DNA of 64,000 nt from Antedon mediterranea (taxonomy: Eukaryota > Animalia > Echinodermata): contig NC_092674.1 of assembly GCF_964355755.1 (NCBI RefSeq), positions 4,092,001 to 4,156,000 of the forward strand, given 5' to 3'. The notes beneath the pieces were generated by a model. It was given only the letters and a program-made list of their open reading frames with translations, was not told where the DNA came from and did not search any database. A program made the translations under genes and the position numbers. This document shows positions 1-14,300 of the stretch, one piece after another. How positions within the stretch are numbered: position 1 is the stretch's first letter; every line of letters begins with the position of its first letter.

Positions 1-360
1 AATAGTTAAGAGGTTACTTGATTCACTGAAACAAGTTAGTAGAGTCAAACTGCTAGAGGATAAATATTTTAAGGTAAGCGAAATGATGGTGGTACCATGG
101 GACGTGCTCGACGGATTAGAGAACTTTTAACTTTTCGTATAATAGCCCTCTCTCTGACGAGCACAGACTTGCTTTAGTGCTACAGTACGACTCGAAGACT
201 AAAACTCGTAGACAAGGCCCAACAATGTTTTGACTCGTCGGTGCTTTCTGAGTTAAATACCGACAATACGAGTCGTCTTGCGATAGCGTGGTAGTTTTTA
301 GGTCGTTGCGAGAACTTTTAACACGACTAGTCTGAGTTTACCTTAAGAGGCACACGTTAC
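1..360 (+). promoter_or_regulatory. Probable end of a non-coding 5' exon of beta-arrestin (donor AAG|GTAAGC at 73/74) and CpG-rich promoter-proximal DNA
   Basis: The first coding exon has an acceptor (tttttag, 5277) upstream of the ATG, so an earlier exon is needed. Strong donor at 74; CpG visibly enriched at 80-360 relative to the surrounding intron. Confidence 0.5.
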
Positions 361-908
361 AGACTACTGTACTAAAGCCACTGATTTGGTTTAATGTTTT
401 TATTGTATTGAATGTTTGTACAGTATATACATCTTGAGTACAGTACTGTACACACTGACTGTATATCAACAAAGTGTCCACTTGCAAAATGTATTACGAT
501 ATACTGTAGTTATCGGACAAATTTATCAACTTAAAGGGATTTAACTGAAATTCTTTATATTTTATAATCTTTGAATTAATATTTAATTTTTAACTAAAAG
601 ACTGTACTGTACAGCTAGCATAATTTTATGGTTTCCTGGTTTTCATGTCAAAGGATATTATTGAAGTTCATAAGGAAAGGTGTGTATGAATTCAAGGAAC
701 ACTTGGAAATAAGTTTAGTACTGTAAACTTAATATTTTACAACCACTTACTGTATACTATTACTGTATGAAATAGACTTCTTCCAGTTAACAATAACAAA
801 CATCCTAATTGTTCAATTGAAGATCTTTACTACTGTAGTTTACCAACATTGAAAGGCATATTAATAACTAACTGGTAAACGAAAGCTACAAAATTTGCTT
901 TTGCACCT

Positions 909-1068
909 AAAGCTCTGTCTACACTATCAAACTTTATGTCGACCAAAAAATGTGATGTGCCCATATATGGACATGATGATGTCATATCACTACCATATTT
1001 GGGCATATCACTACCATAAATGGGCACATCACAATTATTTTGTCAAACTACTTTTAGACAGAACTTTA
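909..1068. mobile_element. PIF/Harbinger-like palindromic MITE (about 150 bp), first of 16 copies
   Basis: TIR (TAA)AGCTCTGTCTACACTATCAAACT...AGTTTGATAGTGTAGACAGAGCT(TTA). Other copies at about 5101, 6430, 12892, 23080, 26982, 30147, 33213, 33897, 34187, 43092, 44125, 51393, 52898, 53857 and 62160. Superfamily inferred from TAA/TTA flanks and TIR style. Confidence 0.85.
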
Positions 1069-1267
1069 CAGAGGTTTGTGTAGCCTTACTGTACCTGAAT
1101 AAATCAACGTAGGCCTTTTTTCCTTTGAGGGAACAAAAATCGAAATATAATCCAAACCTTAGCATCCTCCAAGATAGTGGTACCATGAGCCATGCGTTTA
1201 GGTAGGTGACACATCTTATCCTTCTTTTTTGCGATGTCAAAATGTGAACATCTTTCTTCTTGTGAGT

Positions 1268-1585
1268 GAGTGAGTGGCCGAGCGGTTAAGACAGTGGAAC
1301 CGTAATTACGTAGCCATAACATCGGCAAGGGTTCGAGGCTCACTCACTCCATGGTTCTGGTGGTAGAACGAGTCTTCTCGGATAAGGACTATAAACCGTA
1401 GGTCCAGTGTACACAACTAGCTCGTGTGCACTTTAAAGAACCTAGTACATCTTTCGAGACGACAAGGGGGTTACCCCGGTGTATTAGTACATCACAGTCA
1501 CTGATCACCAACTGGGTCCTCTGGGAGATCAGTCTTTGACTGAAGAGGTTACCCAGTATAAAAATGAACAAACAAACAAACAAAC
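1268..1585 (+). mobile_element. tRNA-derived SINE with Deu/Nin-like central domain
   Basis: A box TGGCCGAGCGG, B box GGTTCGAGGC, core TCTCGGATAAGGACTATAAACCGTAGGTCC...GCACTTTAAAGAACC, (CAAA)n tail; two more copies in the window. Confidence 0.85.
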
Positions 1586-3027
1586 TTCAATTTGGGTTGT
1601 GCCTCAAACTCAAGTCCAGAGCATGAGGTTGTTGACAATCATCAGTACCATTTTAAATTCCAATTTTTGTTTGTTTATCAATGTGTTTTCAATCAGATAT
1701 TGTATGTGTGATGCAGCCACATCAACACAATTTGGCAGATTTACTACTACTGTACTGTCCTTAATTCTTGGTCATAAAATTCAAACTCATTAAAATTTAA
1801 TTGTAAACATTATTCAGAAATGCTGCCAAAATTGGACTAATGGGCTTTCTGTATATGTAATATGTAATATCAACCATCTTCAAACTACTACTACTAGTAT
1901 CAGTATGAGATGCCAGACTATACTACTGTAATAACTACTGTAGTGTATAAATGTGTGCCTAAAAATGTACTTTTTGCAAGAATTTTTAATAAAAAATTTG
2001 ATAGCAATAATTACTGCTAATCAATTATAATTTTGAGTAGGAAAGTTTTGTATTTCCATTTTTCACTATACCATTTGATAAATGTTTGATATGTCTGTTA
2101 ATTTTATTTAAAAAATCATAATTTGTTGTGTACTACTACTGCACAGCATTTTGGCTATATGCTACAACGGCAAACATGTTCAGTATGTACTTTTCATAAT
2201 GTCTCTGATATTCAAAGCAAATGACCTTACCATATTAAATAGTGTGTAGTACTCGCCATTAGCCTAATGAAAGCTAATAGGAATATGGAATTTGAAGCTA
2301 AAAAATATGAAAGGCATTAAAATAGGTTAAAGGTCACGTAGATGCAAGGTCAATACTCTATTCAATTCACATCATGGTTGTGACTTGTTCAGACTATAAA
2401 TACAGTACAATTATATAGATGATGATAATATTATAATGTCGTACTTTGATTTTCAGAAAGAAAAAAAATAATGTTGTAAATACTATTATTTTATGGAAGA
2501 CTTTGGATCAGTTACTTTTATTTATTTAAAGGATTTATTTTGCATTAAAAAGGAACGAAACACAAAACACATTTAAAATGAATACAAAATTACAAATGAA
2601 AGAAAAATGAATTGAATTCCTTTATAACCCAATTACAGAAAGCCTGGTTTATAACCAGAAATACTTCCAATTGAATCCAGAAGTCAGAGGAATTATTGAA
2701 TTATTATAGATAGTGAATATATACTGTAGTATGATCAAATAATTGAAAAACCTGTGATAGATAAAATGATTAATATAAATAATGTATTAGTATTACTTTA
2801 ATAATATTCAATTAGTGCAGTAGCATTTAGTAGCAACTTACAATACCTGGATTTAATCTACCATCTATACAGTTATTCTACACCTTATTTTTGATCTCAA
2901 TAAAATTAAATTATTTTAGGTATACACTACAGTACTACAAAGTTAGCTTAATAGTAATGGCTCTAACAGACACTTTTGTGGATACCGTAATCTGTTTTTG
3001 AGATTTGTTTCTGCCTGCTTCAATATA

Positions 3028-3250
3028 ATAATAATAATAGTTCATAAGCAAGCTCTCAGTGCACATCATTACCCCGGTCATTTTGGATCAAACACGTATG
3101 GAAACATACTCCCATAATAATGCAGCTACAGTAGTAATCAGCGCAAGGTTGTGTCTTGATCTAACTGGGTACCCATTTTATACACCTGGGTGGAGAGAGC
3201 CAAATGATTGTAAGTAAAAGTGTCTTGCCTAAAAGGATACAAGCAATGCA
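3028..3250 (-). mobile_element. SINE remnant with conserved core-type domain
   Basis: Minus strand reads TTAGGCAAGACACTT...CTCTCCACCCAGGTGTATAAAATGGGTACCC, typical of metazoan SINE central domains, with a (TTA)n tail. Confidence 0.55.
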
Positions 3251-4297
3251 TACATCAATTACTCTCTGGGTGACCCCTGGTGACCCTACTACAAAAAGTC
3301 TAGTGAAACCTATTGTACATGTTCTTGAAAGTATAGCTTCACTCACTGTAATTGGTTTACACCTTATTATTTATAAAGCAGGATTTGATCAAGCTTGTTA
3401 GAGGTATTAAAACAGTGTTACCATTTTATAAGTTTTATTATCTGCCAAAACTTGCCGTTTAAATGCTGCGCAATATATTGACATTTCTACTGAAGCTAAC
3501 ATAGAATGATATTAAACTGTGTAGGAGTTTCCATATTTTTGCCAAGTAATGTAAACAGTTCCTGTCAATGGCAATTAGCAGTGTACAGTAGATCTGTAAA
3601 AGAGGCTATTCGATTTAGTGAACATTCAAATTCTAATATTCGCTATTAAGTTTAGTTGTTTTTTTGAAAACGGTCCAAAATTTGTCACTAACCATTTTTC
3701 TAATTTTTTTATCAACCAATTATTTAAGATGTAAAAAAGTTTTCTTATTTATTGAAAAATAAATTTCTAATTTAATTAATATCTCGGTTGATGGAGTTAC
3801 GTCTTGCTTTATCATCAAGTTGTGCCATGTCAGGTCGTTAACATTTTAATGGCTTCATAAAAATAGGTCAAAATACAATTCGTATCGTAGAACATGTCAA
3901 TTATATATTTTTAGCTGCGATATTATTTAGTATATTTATTTTTAATTAATAGGCACAGTTAAATTTGCTTCATTAATACTATAGTACATGCAACCAAATT
4001 TAATATTTACCATTTTTTTTCTCTCTTGGGAAATATTCCATGTCACACATGAGTGCACATGTCATGCAAGAATGCACATGTTACGCATGAGTAGTCACAC
4101 CAATTCACTTTACTCTGCTCTAAGTTGGCATCAAAATGAGATATCATTTGAAATGGCTTTCTATCACGTACTGTATATCAGTGTACCAATTTAAATTGTT
4201 TCTATTATAATTTTTCATACATGTACTGTACATTTTAAATTTTTTTTCCTTTAACCTCCTTATACTGTACAGTATATTTAAATTCTCATTGTAAAAA

Positions 4298-4385
4298 GGG
4301 ACAGATAACAGGGGACACAGGGACAGATAACAGGGGACACAGGGACAGATAACAGGGGACACAGGGACAGATAACAGGGGACACA
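4298..4385. repeat. 22-bp minisatellite x4 (GGGACAGATAACAGGGGACACA)
   Basis: Direct inspection. Confidence 0.95.
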
Positions 4386-4529
4386 AGAACTGTCAATATA
4401 AATATCTATACAATGATTTCTTAGATAAAACATCTTTTTTCTATGGATTTATTACTTGTCATCATGGTGTTCCGAAATATAAAGATAAATGAATGAATAC
4501 AACTAGCCTGCACTGTACAGTAGCGATAA

Positions 4530-4633
4530 AATAATAATAATAATAATAATAATATTTATTCGGTCATCAATGTAAAAATAACCAGGAATGAGAATAGGCT
4601 AAAGCCCAAACAGATTCTGCACTCACTCCATAC
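4530..4633 (-). mobile_element. Short retroposon 3'-end fragment with (ATT)n tail; second copy at 5757-5855
   Basis: Two near-identical segments of about 100 bp: (AAT)nATTTATTCGGTCATCAATG...CAGATTCTGCACTCA. Confidence 0.65.
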
Positions 4634-5334
4634 AATACAAATCAGTTAAGAATAAGATAAAAGCATCTGCCATCTTGCCATTTTACTACTCAGCATCCAA
4701 CATGTTAGCCTTTTCTTTTCTTTCAGAATGCAATATTAAAATGATTACATCTTGTCCAAGTACAATTTCAAATGATCTGTCTATTTCTGTGTTTGAATAC
4801 ATTTATTGATTTAAATAGCTTTAAAGTGTGTTTAAATTTATTGTTTCTCTTTCAACCAGATGTTTTTAGCAAAGCTGCTATATTTGTCATGTATTACTTT
4901 AGGTACCAGATGAATTAAATTTACTTTATAGTCAAATATTTAATAACGCAATATTGATAGTTTCAATTGAAATTATTTCAATTACTATACAACATTCATG
5001 TTTTAGAATGATGGCCAAATATGACTGATGAAGAAAAACCAAAAACAATTGTTTATACTTTACACAGTTCAACATGAAATACAATGTTCACTGCACATTG
5101 ATAAAGTCTACACTATCAAACGTTACAGTGTGACATGATGTCTTATGACATCATTACCATATTTGGGCATATCACTACCATATTTGGCCACATCACACTT
5201 TTTTTGTCAAATTAGTTTGATAGTGTAGGCAGAGATTATAAAGACAATTTTAATTCAATGTTTGCTTTTCTTTTTAGAATCAGCAAGCATCACAGAAGAC
5301 AAGAAGGTAAAAACAAATTATTAGTTTGAAAGAG

Positions 5335-8300
5335 ATGGATAAAGAAAACCAGGATAAAAACGGTGCTGATCCACAATCTAAAAAACCGGGAACAAGGTGA
5401 GATTTCAAATACTACAGTAGCTCCTCAAAATTGAATTCTCTGAAAATAAAATAGATATCAAAAAGAGTTGCATAGGCAGAGTAGATCAAGTTTAACTGCC
5501 TCAATATAAATATAGTAACATAACATGTTTCGGCCTAGCCCATCATCAGTTGAAGAGAATTTTAATAACAAAGGATAACAATAAAATATATCAGTAAAAA
5601 AATTACATAATACAACAAATCAGCCAATCAGATCAGCCAATCAAACTTGATTTTCTATGAAAACAGATGTTTTTTATGAACTTATTTGTTGTTTGTTTAC
5701 TAAAAATAGAAATTGTTTTTTAATTTCTTTTTGTTCGGGTATCCATTGTTTACTTTAATAATAATAATAATAATATTTATTCGGTCATCAATGTAAAAAA
5801 TAACCAGGAATGAGAATAGGCTAAAGCCCAAACAGATTCTGCACTCAGTCCATACTTTACAGCATCTAATGAAATCATTCGCATTAGTTGAGTGGAAACG
5901 AGTATTTAGATGACCAGTTTGTTTATTATTTTATTATTTAGTTAATTATCTAACAATGTAATCCTTTCTCTGCTTTGTTTATAGTTTACAATATCATGCT
6001 CAAATAAAATTAGTTTGAAATAAGTAAACACGAAGAGAGGAATCTGTACATTATGTATTCTGTATAATGTCATTATCAATCAATCATGGAATGTTTATTT
6101 TTTGTTGATTTGGAATGACATCATCAAAATAATTAACACTAACAGCTTCTTTAACACCTTTTTTTAAATTTTTATTTTTATTCAAAATATAAAACGATAG
6201 AACTATTATTATTAGAATATGCTTTACATATACTGTATATATACTGTACATATACTATACATATACTGTACATATACTGTACATATACTGTACATATACT
6301 GTACATATACTGTACATACTGTATATATACTGTATATATACTGGACGAAGGAGACGATAATTTAACAGACTGTGATGGTTGTACAGTAGGACGTTCCATT
6401 TGCCACATAAAATGAATGCTTTTATTATTAACAGTCTACACTCTCAAACTTTATTTGACAAAAAAATGTGATTTGCCCATAAATGGACATAATGATGTCA
6501 TACACCATATTTAGGCACATCACAATTTTTTTGTCAAACTTGTTTAATAGTGTAGACAGAGCTTTAGATCCAAATATATTACATACACTCAGTTCATCAC
6601 CTGCACAATATATTTTCAAGTTGTGTAATATTCAAAAACCTTGGAAACGTACAAAACACAGTATGTTAATGAGAGCAATTTAATGTTGACTTATTAACAT
6701 ACGTAGTAGTAACACGGATTGTATTTATGCACAAAATATGTTGCTAAGTATATAATACATTGGCTACTTGAACGCAACAAAGATATTGTAGAGCATTAAC
6801 ATAACAGTGACAGTTGTATGTTCTGTACATTTAGTTTTGTGCAATAATTTGTGTGTGTGAAATACGTATTCTTATTTCCAAAAAATACTGACCAACTTCC
6901 ACAACACATCTCATGGCCAAATTGCATATAGAGTATCACGGTGTGACGTCACAAGGATAGAGGGCGCTGCATGGTTGCTAATGCTAGCCAACCAAAAAAT
7001 GCGTTCAGCGCTACTATGTTGATTTCTATCAAATTATGTATCTTAGCTTGATTTTTTTAAGCTTAAACTGTAGTTGAAGAATAAATAGATTATTAAAAAC
7101 AAATATTTAGTGATCTTTTGAAATTTTAGTTTGTTTTTATTGAAAATTATTAAGTTTTAAATGACTACTTCAATAAGCCTATTCCAAACCATTTTGGAGT
7201 CACTCAGGCTGAACGCATTTTTGGTTGCGCTAGCAACCACGCAGCGCCACCTACCGTCGTGACGTCAGCACCGTGATACTCTATAAAACATGTCAAAAAT
7301 ATATGTTATAATTTTTTTTATTATACTTTATTGTTTGCTAATTCTTAAAACAAATTTCTGTACTCAGTATACAGTATAATGTTTTGAGCTGTAGTGATGT
7401 GATACGCGCATATTGTGCTGGTACATGTGTTTACTGTATCAATGTTCTGAGATGACAGAAAACAAGCTATGCTCTTATGGTCACCCTCACCAATCATTAC
7501 CTATGTATTTTTATATTAGTTTATGATGAAATAAATTCATATTTTGATAATGTGATGTTAAATACAGTAATTTACGCAGAGCTCTTATACAGTAATGTGC
7601 TGTTGTACTGTAATGTGCTTTTGTACAGTAATGGTCTGTCATACAGTAATGTACTGCTGTACTGTAATTTGCTGTCATACAGTAATGTACTCTTGTACAG
7701 TAATGTACTCTTGTACAGTAATGTACTACAGTACTGTTCAGAAATGTGCTGTTGAACAGTATATGTGCAGTCATTCATTACTGTGCAGTCATACAGCAGT
7801 GTGCTTTCGTGCAATAATGTGCTGATGTGCAGTAATTTGATGATGTGCAGTCATGCAGTAATGTACTGACAATGACATGTAGTAATGTGCTGACAATGAC
7901 ATGTAGTAATGTGCTGACAATGACATGTAGTAATGTGCTGACAATGACATGTAGTAATGTGCTGACAATGACATGTAGTAATGTGCTGACAATGACATGT
8001 AGTAATGTGCTGACAATTACATGTACAGTAGTAATGTGCTGACAATGACATGTAGTAATGTGCTGTCATGCAGTAATGTGCTGTCATATAGTAATGTGCT
8101 GTCGTGCAGTAATGTGCTGTCGTGCAGTAATGTGCTGTCATGTATTAATGTGCTGACAATGACATGTAGTAATGTGCTGCCGTGCAGTAATGTGCTGTCG
8201 TGCAGTAATGTGCTGTCATGTAGTAATGTGCTGTCGTGCAGTAATGTGCTGTCATGTAGTAATGTGCTGTCATGTAGTAATGTGCTGTCGTGCAGTAATG

Positions 8301-11300
8301 TGCTGTCGTGCAGTAATGTGCTGTCATGTAGTAATGTGCTGACAATGACATGTAGTAATGTGCTGTCATGCAGTAATGTGCAGTCATGCAGTAATGTGCT
8401 GACAATGACATGTAGTAATGTGCTGTCGTGCAGTAATGTGCTGTCATGCAGTAATGTGCTGTCGTGCAGTAATGTGCTGTCGTGCAGTAATGTGCTGTCA
8501 TACAGTAATGTGCTGTCGTGCAGTAATGTGCTGTTGTGGATTAATGTGCTATTGTGCAGTAATGTGATATCGTGCAGTAATTTGATGTCATACAGTACAA
8601 CATTGATATGCTGTCATACATTAATGTGATTACACTGACAGTAATGGGACTTCATACATTATGCTGTCATACATTAATACAGTATATAACACTGTCAAAA
8701 GTGTTGACAGTAAAATGGAATGATATACAGTAAATTAGTATGTCTGAACTTTAAATACCACAAAGCTACTGTATACATATAAATGTAATAAATTATATTA
8801 TTGATATTATTATTACCGAATTAATCAATTTCAGCATAAGATTAAGATTATTTAAGAGCCATTGTCTGTAAAAATCAAAGATTTGGTGGCAGATGTAAAA
8901 AAATGGATTTCTCTCAAATTTTTACCATGAATAGACATTTCAATAAAAAGCATATCTACAACATTCATTATAATTTTTAGCCTCCGTTGCCATGACAACG
9001 GTCAATTATCCAAATTTTGATGTTTTTGCCATTTTTCACAGATTTTCTATAGTGAAAAAGTACAAACTTGTATACTTATTTTAACCAAAAATACTTACAG
9101 TATACAGTTTTTGTTTATAGCAGTGTAAACAACATGTATTGAGTTCCATTTAATGTAGAAAAAAAAGAAATTACAAAATGGAGTTTGGTTGATACCATTA
9201 TTTTAAAAAGGGGTGTTTTTAAAAAATATTTTTTTTTATAAAAGTATACCTCATAAACGTACCTATAACTTCCAAAGAGGTGTTTTTAAATCAATGAGGT
9301 TTTTTTAATTTGATAGTCAATAGGTTTGTCAACAATAATCACGAAAAAAACACTGGGGTAAATTTCGTAGATAGGTTCTGTGTTGCCAGGAAAATACGAA
9401 AAATACAAAAAATGTAACAAAATATCAACAAACAAAACACATGAAACACAATTTAAATATGGCTAATCCAATAATAAAATGTATATGTGGCTTGCCATAA
9501 TGCTACTAGAGTCATACGAATAGTTTAGATAAAATAGGAGAATGTGTTGCCAGGTTTATTTCAATTAATTGCCAGAAAAACAGTATTTTGCATTGAAATA
9601 TTTAGTTGATGGAAAATAATGTTAAACTTGGAAATAATTGCGTCAATAGTTTTTATAAATTTTTAAATCTATTTTGTGTAAAGAGATACAGAAAGACCTC
9701 TTAAAATATCTGACCTTGTAAATAGGTCATTTGAGGTCAAAAGGGGTCAGAATGCAAAACAGGACAGGTCCCCACTTTACTACAACTATTAATGTTTGAT
9801 CAAAATTTACAAGATAGTTCATAACAATTCTCAACAATTTTCATATTTTACCTATAGTGTTACCTTAGCAACCATTTCTATGTGTAACTAAGGAAAGTAA
9901 TTAAAAAAAAAACGTAAAAAATGGCGTTTTTATAAATACAAAGAATTGATTGCATTTGTAATTTTTCTCAATTTTACTTCTACTGCATTCCATTAATGAC
10001 AAACTTGACCTTGTAAATTCATTCATTTTGAGGTCAAAATTTTACCATAGTAACTGTTTCTATGCAAAAATTTCAAAAAAATAAGGAGTTTTTCATAAAT
10101 ACAAAACATTTTTTCTACATAGTTTTACATTTCTACTTTTTGCCAAATTTACTTTAAACACTGAATCCTAATAATCTCAGAAAGAAAGTCTTGACGAATC
10201 TGAATAAAGGTAAAAAAATGACCTTTAGTGTTATCTTAAACCTGTTTACGTAACTAATGATATTTAAAAAAAAAATTAAATATGGAGTTTTCATGAAAAA
10301 AAAAATGTTTACATATTGAAGTCAAATGACATCAACATTTTACCTATAGTGTATTGTATACAACTGTTTCTATACGTAACTAAGTACAATATTTTTAATA
10401 TGGGGTTTCATGACTACAAACAATTGATAACATAGCTTTACTACCTTTTCCCAAATTTACTTATCTACAGTGAATCCCAGAAAATGTCTGACCTTGTGAA
10501 AGGGTCATTTGTTGGGTCAAGTTATGTCAAAATGTATTATTTATGTTATGTTAGAACCTGTTTCTATGCGTAACTAAGGATAATTGTTTTTTTAAATACA
10601 GTTGAACCTCCCGTAAGTGGCCACCCTTGGGACCTGGAAAAGTGGCCGCTTATAATTGTAGGCCTATTATTATTTATAATCAGGTGGTTTAGTATTTTTT
10701 AGCATTTTCAGGGTGGAATGGAGGAGTTTGAATCCGTCTATTCATTGGAGCGATACTAGCGGCAATATGGGTGGTGCTTGAAATGCATGCATTTGACACT
10801 CTATAGTGGATGATCGACCAAAGTGTTGCAGTTTATCTTTTTGTGGTTATAGTCGTCGTGGTGGGGGGGGGGGGGGAGGGGTGGTTGTCGAAAGTGGTGG
10901 TAGATGGGCATGTGGGATCTGCTTAGGTTAGCAAATAAAAGAAGTAAACAAATGAAAGAGGAGCTTCAAAATAAGAGAGGAGTAATCTGTTGCAAAGATT
11001 AAAATTCACAACGATCTGATAATTTATTCAAATTTCCAGAGGATATAACCTATAAAATGACATTAAAACTGGGAATTACAGAATCTATAATTAAAAATTA
11101 ATTTTTTTTCTCTCAACACAACTAGAACTATATAAAACATTAAGAATTTTTCTGACCAATGAGTTTCAAATCAAATAATCAAAGAAAATAAAATGTTTCT
11201 ACTAATATACCATGTTTTTTTTTTATAAAAATGCCTATGTTTCTCGCAACACTGCTTGTAGATTTTAAATTTACCCCAGTATTTTATTTTAGAAATCAAT

Positions 11301-14300
11301 TATTAAACATTAGAACTACCTATTTGTATTAAATCAGCTAAAAAAATACACCACTTTGGGCGTTATGGTGAAGTAAAGTTTAGTTGCATTGAACAATTTA
11401 AAAAAAGTGAAAAACACCCCTTTTTAAATAAATGGTATCTCCCAAAGTATGAAATAAAAAAAAATAAAAAAATTTGAAACAGGTACACAATGCATTGTTA
11501 TTATGCATACACTAATTATTTTTTTATAATTAAATGAACAAAACAAAAATATCGTTCATCAAAGTAGTACCAATATCCATTTTAAAAAACCTTAAAAAAG
11601 GACAAAATTTGTCAAAAACACAAATTTGGCCGTTGCCATGGAAATATACGTGTGAAAAAAAAAATACTTCATATTTGATTTCTCTCAACACATATATAGC
11701 CATGTGCAAAATTTGAAAGAAATCCATTTTTTTGAGTCTGCCACTCTTTTTGATATTTCTTTGATTCTTACAGACAATGGCTCTTAATGTGTTTATACAA
11801 AGCTATAAATAATATGCTTGAGTTCATTTCACTGTTTGTGAACAATGAGATAATGATTTATGTGTAGCCTCACCTAATTATTGTAATTTTATGCAGAGTC
11901 TGTGCATACACACATTACTGTATGCTAAGATGAATAAATAGATTACCATTTTACATATTTTTACATTATGATGTTTGTCAATAACACCACATTATTTAAT
12001 AATAAAGTACTTCTAGGTTGGTACTCTTCTTTGCTTTGTACAGTATTTGTATAATGAAATAAATGTTTGTGGAATTTGAACTTGAATCTAGTAATTCAGA
12101 AAAAATGGATTAATTTAATAATTTTGCTTGTTTTTTAATATTACCATCTTATGATATTAATAACAATCATTAACTAAATATGTTATAAAATGTAAATTAA
12201 TGTTATTTTTATGACTACATCGTCTTTATTAATTGATTTATAACGATAATCTTCTTATTAGTTGTCAGCAATCTTGGTGTGAAGTGCTTTGACGGGTCAA
12301 GTGCTTTCACTACTCTCTTAGAATTAGAATCAATATTACACAAATCAGAAGATATGAAATTTTGAACATTTTGATTACAATTTGTCAACTAGATTTGAAC
12401 TTGTCATGACGGGTTAGGTGATCCGCGCTGGCAACATCTATAAGTCATGCTTAATTCTGACTTGGAAATGCTATTGTAAAGATCTCCACCTATAGATGCT
12501 CAGATGTACCGCGAAAACATAGATTGGCGAAGCGAGCTCACCCTCTAGGTATTGCCAATTAAGATTAAGATATGAGATAGAATATTCCTAAAGACCACGA
12601 TAATTTGTTTTCCTTTTGATGATTAATATTGAACATTCAATTGAACTATAAAGCTAAAGTTTAAAAAGTAGTATTCGGCCAGCGACAAACCATGTCAGCC
12701 ACCGTTTATATACTCACCAATCATAAGTTAAACATTCAATTAAAATATGGACCTAAAGTTTAAGATAAGTATCCCAAAAATAAAAAATACAGCCAGCAAC
12801 AATCAATTCATAACAATGCAGAAAAAATAACCAAATTATTACATATTATTAAATTGGTTAAAGGAAATGGTCATTATTTTGCACTAAACTCTAAAGCTCT
12901 GTCTACACTATCAAACTAATTTGACAAAAAAGGTGTGATGTGCCTAAATATGGTAGTGATATTTCCAAAGATGGTAGTGATATGACATCATCATGTCCAT
13001 AAATGGGCACATCACATTTGTTGTTACATAAGGTTGATAGTGCAGACAAGGCTTTAGAGAAGTACAGTACAGTATATATAGTATTTCTCCAGGCATTTTT
13101 AAATGTTACCATAAAATGTGATTTATTAAATATTATACTGTACTTGGATTATGGAATTCATTTTACGATGAGGATGTCTAACTTTAAAATAGCAAGTTGA
13201 CATTTAGCCTAGACCTTATTTCCAATTCAACCAACCTGATTTTAACAGAGAGTTTAATCTTCAAGTCAACAGAACGTACCATTTACGATGAAGTCCTATA
13301 TATTGAAATTAATTGACCTTATATTTCAACCAACATACTTTGGTTTAATCTTCTGTGGAATTACCGTTTATGAATACAGTTAGGACTCTTTAAACTGCTT
13401 TAAAAACAACTGTAATTACAGTACTATTTTTAAATTTTATTTTCAGCCTACTGTACTGTAAATAGAATATACCATTTCATTCTAGGTTACAATACATACT
13501 GTAGAAAACTTTTATACTGTAATTTGTTTTTGGTTCAATAACTGTTTCATGGGCATCATCAAAATTGTTTTTTTATGGAATTATTAAATTATTATTTATT
13601 GTCGGATAGGAGTGTTTAATGAATTTTTATATTACAAATTGTAGCACTGTTCTAGACCAATGTTTACCAATCTAGGTAAGCTGCAGTCATATACTACCAA
13701 CACCACTTTTTGTTTATTTCATTTCATTTCAATCTTTTATTTCGGAATCTCTGGTCCATAGAAAGTAAAAATTACATATACTGTAAAGTAAATGAAATAG
13801 ACTAATTACTACTACTCATCTCAGGATGGCATTCCACCTGGAGAGCATCTTCAATTGTAATTAATTGTAATTGTACCTGTAATATTCTTTATGTATTTTG
13901 ATTTAGGACCTCAATTTGTATCTGAAAATTTATTTTCTATGATGGCTGCTATTCTACTAACAAGCTAATTTGTTAGAACACGGAGGTATACACCTTATGG
14001 TTAGAAGACCCAAATGATGCCACACACGAACAAGCTACAGTACGTCATAGGTTTACATGCTTTGCTATGTAGGCCGTCCCAAGTTTGTGTGAGGCAACTA
14101 TCAAACTGACATCAACATAAACTTTAATCAACCTGTTTACTATGTAGGCCGACCCAAATCGGTGTGAGGCAACTCGCAAACTGACTAAATAAATTTGGAT
14201 CAACCTGTGAATTCCAAATGAGCTGATAGAATTACAAATTAATTATTGTACCTGTTTATTCTTATTATTAAAGTACTACTCTCCTGTGAAATGGTCAAGC

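Noticed and set aside
1268-1345. tRNA gene
   Set aside because: A and B boxes are present but there is no proper cloverleaf; it is the head of a SINE with three copies here.
7477-8629. Cys-rich repetitive ORFs (SCSNVL repeats, 202 aa) as a metallothionein- or antifreeze-like gene
   Set aside because: Unit lengths of 18 and 24 bp keep several frames open on both strands; no unique N- or C-terminus or splice structure.
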